The notes: a model not told the origin generated them from the letters alone. Numbered from the stretch's first letter, positions 25,706-39,775 are shown. The stretch: 64,000 bases of DNA from Lama guanicoe (GCA_013239625.1 MU054100.1:96580-160579), one strand, 5' to 3'. Numbers and translations: made by a program.

Positions 25706-27621
25706 TGCTCTGCACCATCCCTTTTCTACTGCAATGCTAGGGGCCGAAGGAGAAGGAGAGAAAGTGAGAAGAACGTTTGTTACATTTTATTCCACCGTCA
25801 TTCTTCTTTCTTTCCCTCCTCAGATTATCCAGCCCAGCATCAGCTCCAGGAGAGATGGAATGTGGATGCAGAGAGAGAAGGGCAAGGCTGGGAGGGGGAG
25901 GGTAAACACTGCCTGTCTTTTTCTTCACTCCCAAGCCTTTCTGTCATACTCCATGTCTTGTGCCAAACTCTTCCTGACTCTTCAGCCCAGTATTAATTGC
26001 TAGCATGCCTCCCACAAATGCTTTCATCCCTTCCTATGCCCCCAGCGCTCCTGTGATGACTGAGCCAGCAGGACGTCTGGCAAGAACATGTACTCCTGGC
26101 ATTCCAAAGTTACGTCTGAATGCATTGTTCCCATATAGATTGTGTTACAGAAGACAGTTAAATACACTTAAACTTGGGTTAACTAGATTTCTATCATGTA
26201 TCCCAGGATTTATTTATTTATATAGATGAATACAGTAGTTATTTGGAGATTCAAATTGAGTTTATCATAACATATGAACTTTCAGAATGAAGCCATTCGT
26301 ATGTTAGAAACTCTGTCTTGATCCTACTTAAGCCAAGAATTGCCTAGCGTTGGGTTTTTTTGAGTGCTCACAGATAGGGTAACCGAAGCACTGGCTGTCA
26401 ATAATAGATGGCCAAGGGAGGAAGTGCCTTCCATGGGCTCTGGAAACATCTGATCTTCATCCTTCTGCCATTTTCATGAAGGGTCCATAGACCAACATTT
26501 TAGCAACCAATGCATCAATTCTTGCTGAATTTATTTCTCCCCTTTTGCAAGGAGTTTTATTTTAGCCTTTCTTTTAACCTCCCCTCTTGGAAAGAGTCTT
26601 TTTTTTTCCCTTATGCACATTGAATTTTCCTGCCAAAGTGAATAACCCATTCTCACAGCCTCTAAATAAATCAGCAGCAGTTGGCGATAATATTGGGCGA
26701 GGAAGAGAAATACTGTTTGGCGTGTATTACGTTAGTTAGACAGATAGGAACCAGATTAAGGACAGAGAGGATAGTAAGATGTTCTTGAGTTGTAATTATT
26801 GCCCTTCAGTGCACTTTGAGTAAATAGACCCAGTGCTGGTGTTTTAAGATAGCAAAAGCCTAAGAAAGGCCAGAATATTGACTTTAGGTGAATTTACCTA
26901 CACAGAGAATGGTGATTAGGATTCAACTAAAGCAACTTCAGAGAAAATTTTCTTGGGTTTTAAGTGAAGAATATTGCCCTGTCAAATTTAAAATGTTTGT
27001 TTTTCTTTTCAAGTTTAGCAGTTTGTTTATTTCTGCTGCTTTATTTATTTATGTATTTTCTTAATTTACATAAGGACTTCATTCTGGTGGTAAGATATTC
27101 CACTAGTGAACCGTTAATGAGTATTATTTAATAGCCTTAACTTTCAAAGAACACAGTTGCTTACTGATTAGAGGAGTATGAAAAAAGTATAACGTATCAA
27201 AGTTTGTTGGTCTTTAGAAGTTCAGTGTTGCTTTCTTGAGACAGTAGAAGAAAGTTCTCAGTTATCAACACTAATGTGTCAGGGGAGCAGTTAATCATGA
27301 TGATGAGCTCATTGAAAATATTCAAGGTGACTTTAAATATTTGGGGGCTATTTATACTTTAATATTATAATGTCTGATGTTAATAAAACTGCCTGTCAAG
27401 GCTGAAATGTAAAGAGTGGAAGAAGGAAAAGCTAGTAAATGATCTGCTTCCTCTCCATCCTCTACTTTCATTACCTTTGGAAGCTCTGCTGAAACTGGAC
27501 GCTGGCATCTGAATCCACTTCAACCCACAAAACTTTAGTTACCTGTCAACTCTTTGTTCAACCTGCTATGAGCGGTGGGGCAGAGTGTTGCAGTATACAA
27601 GTAACAGCCAAAGATACACTC

Positions 27622-27657
27622 TGTGCATGCTCTCTACCACTGAGCTATACCCACCCC
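27622..27657 (-). mobile_element. 5' fragment of a camelid tRNA-derived SINE (Vic-1-like)
   Basis: The minus strand reads GGGGTGGGTATAGCTCAGTGGTAGAGAGCATGCAC, a tRNA-like Pol III A box. No B box or tail follows. Confidence 0.75.
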
Positions 27658-27734
27658 ACTTCAAGAATAAAATGAAGCAACTTTGAGGTCACACCCAGTC
27701 CTTCTTCACCCTAATTTTGTGATGTATTGATATT

Positions 27735-28625
27735 TACTTTCAATTTAAGACAATTTTGACCTACCGAAAAGTTACAAAATCATACATTGATTTTTGTATC
27801 CCCAGTGTTCCTTTTTGTTAACATCTTACATGTAATAATATCATAGTAATCTAAACCAGGAAAGTAGTGTTGATATGATATTATTAGTAATCTTAAGACC
27901 TTACTCAAATTTCACCAGATATCCCATGGATTTCATTTTTTGTTTTGTTTATTTTTCCTGTTTCAGAGTCAATCCAGGATTCCACATGGCATTTCACTTT
28001 AGTTCATTCTCTGTTCCCTCCATCTGAGATAGTCCTTCAGTCTTTCTCTCTGGTGACCCTGACAGTTGTGAAGATCACTCATCACTTATTTTTACAGTAT
28101 GTTTTCCAGATTGGGTTTGTCTGACATTTTTCTCATGATGAGATTGAGGTTATACCTTTTTGGCAAAAACAGCATCAAATCAGAGATATCTGATGTCCAC
28201 ATGTCTTATTACAGATACATTCTCACCACTTTGCTAACGTGGTACCTGGCAGGTTTCTCCACTGTGAAGTGGCTGTTTTTCTTTTGTAAGTAGTATATGT
28301 TTTTGTGGAAAGTTATTATCCTATTTCTCATCATTCTATTGTCTGTTAATTTTAGAAGCCATCAAAGCTTCTTAGTAGCAAAAATTACAAATGTAATATT
28401 TGCCAAGTGGTGATTTTCCATCATCCTAACTATATTTATTCATTTGAATAGTACTGATAGGAAGAACTGTCTCTTCCCCATCAATTTATTTATTCAATTA
28501 TTTATATCAGTATGGACTCATGGATAGTTGTATTAGTCAGTGAGTTATAATCCATTACTATCATTATTTTGTTGCTCAGATTGTCTCAGATGTGGCCATT
28601 GGGAACTCCTTCAAGTTGGCTCCAA
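27735..28625 (-). mobile_element. L1MC/L1MD-type 3' UTR fragment
   Basis: gaaaagttacaaaat, atccaggattccacatggcattt, tatatcagtatggactcatggata and ttgctcagattgtctcagatgtggccattgggaactccttcaagttggctcc. Confidence 0.75.
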
Positions 28626-28667
28626 ATATATTAATGTTTTTCTAAAGAGGGAAAAGAACATATGGAT

Positions 28668-29240
28668 GCTGTTTTGCTTATTTAATGCTGTGTGACAAAT
28701 CCATAATGGCTTAAAACAGCATTATATTATTATCTCTCATGCTTCTGGGGATGGGCTATCTGAATTTGATGTCTTTCACTTGGGATCCCTCAAACAGTTG
28801 CAGACAGACAACTGCTAAGACTGCTGAAGGCTCCATCCTTATGTGTTTGAAACCTGGCCAAAAATTGGAAAAGGTGGGGACTTCTCAGGTCTTTCTCCAC
28901 ATCGTTCCTTCCAATGGCTAGTTAGGCTTCTTCAGATTATGGGAGTCTCAACATAGTTGAACATCTTATATACCATGATTGGTTTTGTCTGATGTTTTTC
29001 TACCTCTGGTAGCTTCTGCCAGAGAAAATGCCCCAAGAGATCCAAGTAGAAGCTACCAGGCTCTGAGAAACCTAGCCTCAGAAGTCACGCATCATGACTT
29101 CCACCATATTCTATTGACGAAAGCAGTTATGGGCCAGTGGGTTCAAGTTTGGGAAGTTGGGAGGCCCTCAGTAGGGGAATGGCCTACACGAAATGGAGAG
29201 AAAAAATTAATGATGGCACCTTGGAGACTAGTTACCATAC
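28668..29240 (-). mobile_element. MaLR MLT1 (F/G/H-like) LTR
   Basis: tgctgtgtgacaaat...atggcttaaaacagc...tattatctctcatgcttctg and cctagcctcagaagtcacgcatcatgacttccaccatattctattg. Confidence 0.75.
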
Positions 29241-30574
29241 ATACCTGGTTTTGATTTAAATTAGTTTAATTTTAATGTCATTTTTATGTCTACATATTCC
29301 TTTTTACATAATATGCCTATATATTCATATTTCCATAAGAAGATATTCTCTATGCTTACAGGACTTCTGAATTAGACAGTAATTCAAGTTATATACCAGA
29401 AATACTAAAACCCCTATGTATTTTTAATTAACAAGATTAATTTAACGTGACAGTCAACAGTGCTTCATTGAAATCAAAACTCTGCTTAGGTTGTGATATA
29501 AGTGCTGCATAGAAGGAGGTTTTGAATCTGACTCACCAGAACCTCATCACTGAAGTAATTCACAAAGCTTCTAGGTGTGCTGCACATCGTGAAATAATTA
29601 ACTGACAGAGGGGGATGGATGGAAAGGAGGACAGGAGAAAATAATTCAGTCGTGTCTGTTGATGTTTATTCTTTAGCAATTTTATCAAGGTCCCTTAGCA
29701 TCAGGAAGTTATCTTTTCTGTGATTCTGTAGCCACCTACTTGTATGTAGTCACAGGTGGCATACTCTCGAGGAACTTACAATCTATTTCTCTGTAACATA
29801 AGGAAGTACCAGCCCAAACTGTCTCTTAAAAACTGACAAAGGACAAACTTTTTCTTCCTGATAAATATCTTTTGAAGACAAATTAAGGACTGACCACTGG
29901 TACTTTTCTTCCAAGAACTGTGTGATCAATCAAAGTCCTGTGCTGTTAGACATGTGGTCCTTCTGTTCAAACAGGTAAGCACAACTGTTCCTGTCAGATG
30001 GCGGGCATCCAGTCCATCCAGCAATCGCTGGAGCAGGTTTTTTTGCAGTAGAGGCAAAAATAACTGGAGAAGGGCAAATGCACACAAGCTCCTTAATGCT
30101 CGACTGCATGCCGGGAGAGAAGGAAGAGTAAAAATAGCCAGAGGAAGTCTGCCTTGCCGTACTTGGGAATACAGGAAAGGATGCAGTAGAGAGACAGCAC
30201 AGGACTGCGAAGGGAGGGCTTGGGAGCTGGGGTTAAAGTGGATGCCCTAATTTCTAAATTGAATTATAAACCAAAGGAAGGGCTCTTCACTTGTGGTTTG
30301 AGGTTTGGGGGAGATTTATAAGGCAGCCATTGTTAATAAATAGGTCTCTCAATGAGAGTAATGAAGGAAAATGCTTTGAGCCAAGTGATTATCATGAAGT
30401 GACTCTAGGAGCGGGGACCATCATGGGGATGAAGCCACCATAAGACTTTTATTAGGTGGCTTTGTGAGGTGTGGGACAGGCGGAAAGGCTCGCTGTTTTT
30501 CACTTACATAGACATGGGGCCCCTTCCTGCCATACCTCCCTCTTTAGCTCTTTTCTCGCTCCTTAATTTAACAA

Positions 30575-30790
30575 TGTAGAGAGGCAGCAGTGACCTGAAG
30601 GAAGAGAATAGGTTGTTTGTTTGTTTTTTAATATCAGACAGCCCTGGGATTTTATCCCAGGTTCTCTACTAACCAACCAGGCAATATTTGGCAGGTGGTT
30701 GAGTCTTCTGAAACCCCGGTTTTCTTTCATCTAGGATAAAGGTCTAATAATTACATCATAGGATTGTTTTGAAATGGGAAATGCAAAATG
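30575..30790 (+). mobile_element. MIR SINE
   Basis: tcagacagccctgggattttatcccaggttctctactaac...cataggattgttttg. Confidence 0.55.
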
Positions 30791-32059
30791 TTTAGCTCCT
30801 CTGTCCCTAGATTCCAAATGCCACCTAGTTAACTGTGACAAGCACAATGCTTCTCATTTTAAAATTCTACCTAGGGAAGCACAGTGACCCTCACTTGAGA
30901 ACCTCTGGGCTAGACTAGATATTTATTTATTTTTAGAAGAAAGGATATGTTTCCAGGTCTTAGGCTGAGCACATACTCTAGTGCACCACTCCCACACTTA
31001 ATCCTGAGAAAGGATAGAAAAGATAATTGAACTAACACATGACTTCATTCTTTTGCAATACATTGACTCCTGGGGGGACCAGAAATTGCTGAAACGGAAG
31101 ATTAGATTGTTGATGGAAGCAATGGTCTCAAATACACATGTTCAGTTTTGAAGTGCTTGATGAATAGTGTTCCGCTTTACTCCTTGAGTCCTGAAACAAT
31201 TGAGAAAAAGAAAAAAGAGAAAACAATGGGCTAAGACTCAGGATTAAATATTTCACTTGTTAAACTTACATCTAGGGACAAATGAGTTTCTGAATGTGAG
31301 AATGAAACAGACTTTCCAGCCAGCCATGGCAACACAGGCTGGGGAAGACCTTCCCACATTTAGAGATGTGGTTGCTGCCCTTGTAACATCCAGTCTGGCT
31401 GAGCAGAGAACCCCTCATGACCTCTGCAGGCAGGCCCACTTTGGAATGATGAAAACAAAGTAAGGTGCTGGGTTTTGTATGCCCACATTATTCCAGATGC
31501 CCCAGTCAGTTTCCTCCCTTCCAGGGGAGGGATGATGAAAAGGAAGAGACAGATCAGAAGTGTTAACAGCTACTGAAACTTCCTTCCTGTGGAGGAAACA
31601 TCACGGGTTGGGAAGAACTTTTTTCTCTAGTTATTGCATGCAAATTAAGTGCTGCCTTTGCAAGAGTGCACCATGCCTGGAAAGAGTGGGTGTAAAGGAC
31701 AGAAGAGGCGTTGCTGGGTTGGGGGTGTCCAAGCACAAAAAGAAGGGAGGGTAGTTATCATTAGCCGTTGACTCTTGCTAATCTCCCTACTCCAGCCTAG
31801 GTCAAACAGTGGTGGGGCAGTACATGTTAGGAGATGGAGCCTGACACGTGGTCGCTTAAATGGGAAGGACAGGATGGTGATACCCAAGTGAAGCAGGTAG
31901 TCTCCTGTGCAGAGACTGACCCCAGGGTCGTCTTTGACTCCATATTCAGCCCCCGACTCCCTCCTTCTGAAAACAGACGTGAATACAAACCCCGGAAGCT
32001 ATTTCTTGCCTTCTCTCATCTCCACCCTCAGACACGCTGTGTGTCCTGATACATCAGAA

Positions 32060-32830
32060 TCTAACAGAAAATCTCAACTATAAACAAATGCTAGTAAGTC
32101 ATTAGTCATCCAACATTTCAGATGCCAATACCAAAGCAAGGGAGAAAACTCAATAAATGGAAGAATCTTCTACAAAAAGCAGTTCATTGAGGAAGCAGAC
32201 TGTGACAAAGCAGATTGTGTTGCTGGTTTTCTGATTCAGCATTCTGGCTCCACAAAAGTTAATGGAACAGTACCTCCGACAGCTAGGGAGAGACAACTTG
32301 CTACCTAGAATTTAATGCCAGATCCCACTATTCTATTCATGTGTGAAGAGAAAATAAAACTTGAAAAAAAGTAGACATGCAGGAATATGTAATGCATCTA
32401 GAAAGACACAGACCTCGCTGTGAAAAACGAAAAGATGTGCCTCAGAATGTAGAAAAAATAATTTAGGAAAATAATGGGATGTAAGAATCAATGCTGTTAA
32501 GGATATGCTCAATCAAGAATGTAGATGAAAATTTAAGGAGAGACAGGCTGGGGAGAGAGAGAGAGAGAATATGGAACCCAAGAAGTTGGAACAGTCACTG
32601 AGAAGAGCAGTTAAGAAAAGACAAGGAAAACTGGCAGTGCATGAAGCGTAGACAACAGCTAATCTAGACCAGGGGAGGGGTCAGAGGGGGCATGTAGATT
32701 CCATGTACTGGCTAAATTTGTGCGATTAGGAACAAGATCTGGGATGGAAGCAATTCAGCTGATACAAAATAAATAAATGATAGAAAGGAAAAAAAGAGTA
32801 GGAAACAGTATAAGACAAAAAAATCTAAAC
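32060..32830 (+). mobile_element. Very old L1/HAL1-like ORF1-region remnant
   Basis: The degenerate segment acctagaatttaatgccagatcccactattctattcatgtgtgaagagaaaataaaac resembles the ORF1 PRILYPAKLSF.CEG block, and the region is A-rich. Confidence 0.35.
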
Positions 32831-33020
32831 AAGACATTCTTTTTCTAAATTTAATTAACTCCTGTGTCTCGCCCTTGATGAAGTGTCCTGGGTTGCTTAG
32901 TGTGGTGGGAAGAGTGGGATGGGGAACTTGCCCCTTTACTTCTGTGTAAGGGTGGGGTGCTGTCAGCTGCTGTTCTGCTCGTGGACCTTCCCTTACCCCA
33001 TTTATCTTTGTTCTGAGGGT

Positions 33021-33910
33021 GTTTTTTATTTTGGTAAGAAACACATAACATGAAATTTGCTATCTTAAACATTTTTAAGCACACGGTGTAGAGTGTTAAC
33101 TGTGTACACTGTTGGGCGGCAGATCTCTAGAACCTGTCATCCTGCCCATCCAGAACATTATGCCCGGTGTCCCCTCCCCCAGCTCCTGGCAGCCACCATT
33201 CTGCTTCCTGTTCCTAAGTTTGGCTACTTTAGATACCTCGTCTAAGTGGAGTCATGCAGTGTTTGTCTTACTGTGACTTAGGTGACATAGCCTGATGTCC
33301 TCAAAGTTCATTCATGCTGAGGCATGTGACCAGATTTCCTTCTTTTTTAAGGCTGAATGATGTTCCATTGTGTGTATATGCTACATTTCCTTTATCTGTT
33401 CCTCTCGTGATGAACATTTAGGTCATTTGTACATCATGGCTATTGTGAAAGGTTCTGCAGTGAACATAGGTGTGCAAAAATCTCTTCAAGATCCTGTTTT
33501 TAGTTATTTTTGGATATAGATCCAGACATGGGACTGTGGGATCATATAGTAATTCTATCTTTAATTTTCTGAGCAATCACCATACTTTTTTCTGAATTGG
33601 ATGCACCATTTTACATCCCGGCCAACAGTGCACACGGTTTCCAGTTTCTGCACATCCTCACCGACTTGTTTTTTGTCTTCTGTTTTGCTGTTCTGTTTTG
33701 TTTCATTTTTTGATAGTGGCCATCTTAATGAGTGTGAGGTGATATCTCATTGTGGTTTTGATTTACATATCCCTGATTGCTAGTGATGTTGAATATCTTT
33801 TGATAGGTTTGTTGACCTTTTATGAATCTTCTTTAGAGAAATGTCTATTCAAATCCTTTACCCATTTTTTAATCAAGTCATTTGTTCTTTTTGTTGTTGA
33901 GTTGTAGGGG
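33021..33910 (-). mobile_element. L1MA-type 3' end (about 0.9 kb)
   Basis: Classic antisense L1 motifs: ttccttcttttttaaggctgaatgatgttccattgtgtgtatatg, gtgaggtgatatctcattgtggttttgatt and ctttagagaaatgtctattcaaatcc. Confidence 0.9.
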
Positions 33911-34604
33911 ATTCATTTTCAAAAAACCCCACAAAAATGAAAAACGTAGCATGACTAGAGGAATCTAGGCCAGAGTTTCACAGTAGCTGCACTTAAATTG
34001 GACCATTAATCATTTTGTTTGCATGCATTCAGCAATATGGAAACGTCTATATGCAGGCATTTGGCCCATCTTAAAGGATCTCATGTGAAGAAAGGTATTG
34101 TGAAAGAACCAGATGTAAAATTTCATGGATATCTTATTGCTGTAGACACTCAATAAAAGATATGATTAAAGCATCACCAAGAGACGATCTAAATTTAGGT
34201 TATACTAGGTAGTATCAAAAGCCAAGCATGATTTAGGAACTAAAAAGCAATTGTTCGCCAATGAATGCCTGGTGACAGTATCTGTATCTGCAAGGCCAGA
34301 TGTTCAGACTCCTGCTCATGCTTGCGTTTTCTCTAGTTTTTGATTTCCTGAGTGCTGTTAATCATATGCCCTCGATACAAGTGTTCAGTCCATTTTGTTA
34401 GCCTTTTATCATTTTAAACAGTTACAGATTATGCCTCCATGGAGTAAGCTAGAAATGCCCTTATGTTGTACCAGCCTGTGCTTTATGAGATAAACATATG
34501 AGTGATTCAAGTTTTGTAGCGAGCCTGTGTGTCACATAAGGGCCCAGTCATAGTTTTTGAATTGTCTGCCTATGCACATTAAATCAAAGTGTCTATATGA
34601 ACCA

Positions 34605-35029
34605 NNNNNNNNNNNNNNNNNNNNNNNNNNNNNNNNNNNNNNNNNNNNNNNNNNNNNNNNNNNNNNNNNNNNNNNNNNNNNNNNNNNNNNNNNNNNNNNN
34701 NNNNNNNNNNNNNNNNNNNNNNNNNNNNNNNNNNNNNNNNNNNNNNNNNNNNNNNNNNNNNNNNNNNNNNNNNNNNNNNNNNNNNNNNNNNNNNNNNNNN
34801 NNNNNNNNNNNNNNNNNNNNNNNNNNNNNNNNNNNNNNNNNNNNNNNNNNNNNNNNNNNNNNNNNNNNNNNNNNNNNNNNNNNNNNNNNNNNNNNNNNNN
34901 NNNNNNNNNNNNNNNNNNNNNNNNNNNNNNNNNNNNNNNNNNNNNNNNNNNNNNNNNNNNNNNNNNNNNNNNNNNNNNNNNNNNNNNNNNNNNNNNNNNN
35001 NNNNNNNNNNNNNNNNNNNNNNNNNNNNN
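34605..35029. other. N run, 425 nt (assembly gap or masked sequence)
   Basis: Directly visible. Confidence 0.99.
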
Positions 35030-35999
35030 ACTTCCACAGGATACATTTAGGTACAGTTGGCGATACATTTTGTCCCCTGGCAAAACCCTTTATTTGACTC
35101 TGATCAAAATGGAAAATGGCTTCAGAAGCATGTGTTCAAGTCTGTTGCTTTGGGAAATCAAGCATAAGTAATCACGGGAATCTGCAAATCCAACTAACAT
35201 GTTTCCTATGGAGGCATTATTTGTGATTTTTTAACAGCATTTTTACCCATTTGTCATTTCTTCGTGGAAGAAAATGATCATGAAAAGGAATATTATTAAT
35301 TTGTGATACTGATTGCATTCAGTTTCAGCTGATTAAAGCCAGCTGGGTGGGACACAGTACCCCAGTGCTGTAAGAATCATGCCTGGCCTGTACAAATTTC
35401 GTGAAAATCCTTGGCAATTTGTTAAATAATGTGCCAGGTGATAGCTATAAATTTGTTATATTTTAGAAAGTTCTATCTTTAAATCATGAACCTTTCAATC
35501 GCCTTAAAAACTTATGCCAGAGGGGCAAAGCTGTCTGACCCACTTATAGTTATTGCAAACCCTGCTTCTGGTTATAGTTTCAAAGTAGGCTATTGTTGTT
35601 GCCTACTGTGTTCACCATTATATTGAGACCATTTTTCTTTGACTCTTGAATACCCAGGTAGTTCTTGTGATGGTTATTTCAAATTCCTAGTCTCTCATTT
35701 TTAAAATGAGTCCATGCTTTTTCAAACTCTTGCTCAGTGATCAGCCAACAAGAACTGTAATGTGGTAAAGTTATAACATTAAAAGAACTACCAGAGATAA
35801 AGAGGGAGAAGTGTCATTTTAAGGGTATCTATCTTGTCTACTAATTTTGAGATAAATAATAAGGTGTAGCAATGGTTAATCATAATTTGCTAGACTGAGT
35901 TTCGCATACACTTCCTAGGGCAAACACAGAGGCTGGAAAGAGTGATATTGCATCAAATGACACTAAAACAATCTCTGAAATATTAGGTATTCTCATTAA

Positions 36000-37100
36000 T
36001 TATTTAAAAACAGAAGTGCTGTTTGATAACCTACTGTGTACCAAGGGTAGAATGGAGAATGTGGCGCCTGCAGTGTTACCCTTCTGGATCTTTTAACTTA
36101 ATGATGCAATTATGTACCAAACAAATAGATATTTTAAATAAGCCATTCTTATTCTGGTAAGTGTTATAAAGGAAAAGTTCAGAGTGAAATGAGTGAGTTT
36201 AGTAATGTTGAGTCTGGATAAAGGGAACTTGATTGGTCAGGAAATTGCCAACAAAGGAAATATTATATGTCCATCTACATGTAAGGAAGTTGTTCAGTGC
36301 ATGGGAATCATTGAACTAGACCTATTGTGGCTAAATTATAGCTAGACATAGAGATTGAGACTGTCTGAAGTAAAGCTACATCAGAGGGGAGGGAAGGAAG
36401 GTCATACAGGAGCATATGAACTATGGTCATGTACTTAGACTTTATGATGAAAGCAGTGGGACCACTGCAGAGTGTTAGTCTGGAGAGTGGCATGATTAGA
36501 TATATGCTTTCAGAAGATAACTCTAGAAGTAATGTGGAAAATGAGTTGGGAGGATAGAAGACTGGAATAAGGGAGACCAGGTGGAGGACAAGTTTCATAA
36601 TCCAGTGAAGACATGATAGTGGCTTTGATTATCAAGATGCCAGTGGAGATGGAAAGAAAAGGGTGTGCTGCAGAGATCATTAAAAGGTAGAATACCCAAG
36701 ATTAATGGAAGAGGGGAGTAAAAAGAAGAGAAGTATTCGGGACAACACTCAGGTTTCTGGCTTGAGCAAGGACAGCATTGATGGTGACACCACTAATGAG
36801 TTAGCCTTTGGAGTGCAGGAAGATATAGAGAAGGTCATTGATAAAACTCTGGACATGTCATGTTTGCATGGGCTGCATGGAAAATATACCCTGGAGGAGA
36901 TGACTCTTAGACAAGTGGGGCTAAATGGAAAGGACTGATTTACAGATTCAAGCCTGGTAATCCCTGGTGTCACCAATGGCAGTTGAATCCTTGGGACTGA
37001 ATGAGATCGTCTAGACTAAGAGACAGACTACATTAGCTGAGAAGAGGTGAAGGCTTAAGACCAAGCCTCAAGGAACTCCAGCATTTAAAGTCAGATGGCA
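36000..37100 (-). mobile_element. L2 LINE fragment
   Basis: ggagaccaggtggaggac, atccagtgaagacatgatagtggctttg, caacactcaggtttctggcttgagcaa and ggaactccagcatttaaag. Confidence 0.7.
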
Positions 37101-39599
37101 GAACATGGTATGAATTTGGGTGTCATTTAATAACTTACATAAGTAATTAACAAAGTATGTTTAATGCTGAACATCAAAGTTGTACATTTGATAGATTGTT
37201 TTTTAATCATCATCCAGTGAAGTATTGTATTTTCAGCAGGACACATACAATATTTCTGAGGCTTCAGGCAAGTCATGGCCTCTAAAGCTTCAGTTTATTT
37301 GTTAGCAAAAATTAAAGTCTACCCAACTATGCATAAGCAAGGTAGATTATCACTTTAGTGGACATTTTTACTAGGGATGGTCTCCAGCTAAGTAGAAAAC
37401 AGAGTGCTGATAGAACAAGGCATCAGATAAGTTAGTCTTGATTGAGTTTAGGACATAGAGGGAAAGTGGAAGATTAACAGCACGGGACTCTGGGTAACTT
37501 GCAGCCTGAGAACACTGAACACATGGGCAGTAGAGGGAAGACCCTGGTGTAGCTAAGACAGTGAGGACACGGGCAAAGCATGGGGATAAATTTTGCCAAC
37601 TGCAAGTTTTATTTAAGGATGGCCTTTTAATAATCCTGTTAGTTTTCTTGTAATTCTCCCTCAAACCACAAAGCACTAAATGGTTGCATCATTTATTCTA
37701 TCTTCAAAGCAACACTTTACCTAAAAAAGAGAAAAAAAAGAAGAGGAGAAAAAGTATTTCATATAATTACAAAGGAAGATGAATTCTCAATACTAGTCAG
37801 GACAAAACAGAGACTCTTCTCTCTCTTTTCTCACCTGCCAGCATGATCCAAAGGAAGTTAAGGAACAGATGGATCACGTGGGTTGAACCACAGTTGCTTC
37901 TGAAAGTCTACGTGTTTGAATGGGTCTCTTTTTAAGGAGGGACAAAAACTTGTCACTCTTCTCACTCAAAAACAGTTTGGTTTTATGGGGACCTCAGGAA
38001 GCTGAGCTGGCTCCTGAATTGAGTGATTGAATCCTTTCAGCCTTAGAGAGTCTTTAACCAGTTTTGTTCCAAAAGTTACTGTCTCCTGGTTGATGAGGTT
38101 TACCTAGAGTGGGATCTACAGGATTCAAAATTCCCGCCATGACCACAGCCCTTTTTTGAGGCCAGTGTCCACCAGTGGGTCCCGACATGTAAATTGCTGA
38201 GTAAGTGTCATGTGTCTCTGGCACTGCCCACAACTCATGGAAGCGGATCTCAGTGTTTTAGTTGGAGCCAATGAAAGCAGTGTTTCCTAAACTTAAGGTT
38301 AAGCTGTTTATGGAAGTACTTCTAAATGTTCAGAGGGATACAACATGTTCAAGACAAAAAGGCCTTATCTTTAAAGCAGATTTATTTAACAATTAAACAG
38401 AGTTAAAGAGGTTTGTTTGGTCTGAAACGTTTTAGAGCCTTCATATATCAGTCCATATTGTGAATTTCCAAGAGGTGGGTTTGGTATGCATTTTCCCTAG
38501 CTCTTTTGATAGCAGAATAAACTCTAATTATCATCTCCTAGTATCTGTCCCCTGGAATCCCATAGAAATGGTGAATTGTCCATAAAAGACACTAAATAAC
38601 TATTAATTGGCCTAGTTCTGGAATTTTGTTCAATGCAGATGCTCTGTACTAGTCAGTGACTGACTCAGTCAGACTTTCAATTTTGGAAAGACAGAGCTGC
38701 AGACTTGGAAAGAAGTCAGGAGCAGGTGGAGATGTGGAGAGTAAGAAAAGTGGTCAGAAGGGAACTGAGTAGTGAGGACAGTGGAGTGCTAACTTAGGGA
38801 GATGCGGACAGTCTCACTGGAGAGTTTTGCAGCTTGTGTCAGTTAGCAGCAGTATTGTCCGCTCCTTCCTGTTGCTGTTGGTGTTTGATTGGTGGTGAAG
38901 CTTTGTCTCCATTCTCCACTAGGTCAAGTATTCAGCTATGGACAATGATGTGTGTGCCCAGCCTCCCTGTGTATCCTTCACCGCCCTATCCAACCACACT
39001 TCTTTTCCTCAAAAGCTAGAGTGTGTCCAGAGCAGGTGGTAGCTCTGGACAGGGCCATGGATTTCCCTGAAAGAATCACAGGAGTGAGGATTCATTCCTC
39101 CAGACCTCCTAGAACCCATTGTAGGTTAGGTAGTTTGTCTTCAAGCCTGGTACTCTTTAGCATTTGAATCCACCTATTCATTTTTCTAGGTAAAGTCTTA
39201 TAAGTTAATACATATGAATAAAAGGATCTTATGCTTTCTTTGGCCAAATAAAACAGAAGCCTTAACCACATAGAAACCTTCCTTCAATTCAACCTTTCAG
39301 AATCCTTAATTTACATACTGCAGGAGATTCTGCACATCGTTGCAAAAGAGGTAGAGTATATTTTGGAAGAATTAGTAGGCTGTAGCTACAGGGAAAAAAT
39401 ACAACACATTTAAATCAATTTCTGTGTCACTTTTTATTAGAGAAGGGCCATCTCGCTGCCATATGGTCTGCTTTTCCAGCCCCCAGCTGGGTCTGATGTC
39501 TGATCTTTCTTCTCTGTCTCAGACTAATCCTGCTTGTAACTTCATGGCTGGCCCTAAAGGCAAAGCTAGTACTTCTCTCCCTTCTGCTTCCAAACAATT

Positions 39600-39775
39600 A
39601 TATGCATGTTGCCTCTGAAATATTTCATTACATTGTTATTATAGTTCTTTGTTTATGTATTTATCTTTCCCATGAGATCATGAGCTTCTTAAGGGCTGGA
39701 TAAGTATCTTACTTCTCTTTGCATTCCTGTGGCCTCATAGACCGTGGATGTTGAATACGTGAATATAATTAATGC
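39600..39775 (+). mobile_element. L2 3' end fragment
   Basis: tgtttatgtatttatctttcccatgagatcatgagcttcttaagggc...ctttgcattcctgtggcc. Confidence 0.55.

Noticed and set aside
26095..26315. Possible Tigger-like DNA transposon remnant
   Set aside because: Only a vague resemblance at one end; cannot be supported without a profile search.
27622..27657. tRNA gene
   Set aside because: Only the 5' A-box part is present, with no anticodon arm, T arm or terminator. It fits a SINE head.
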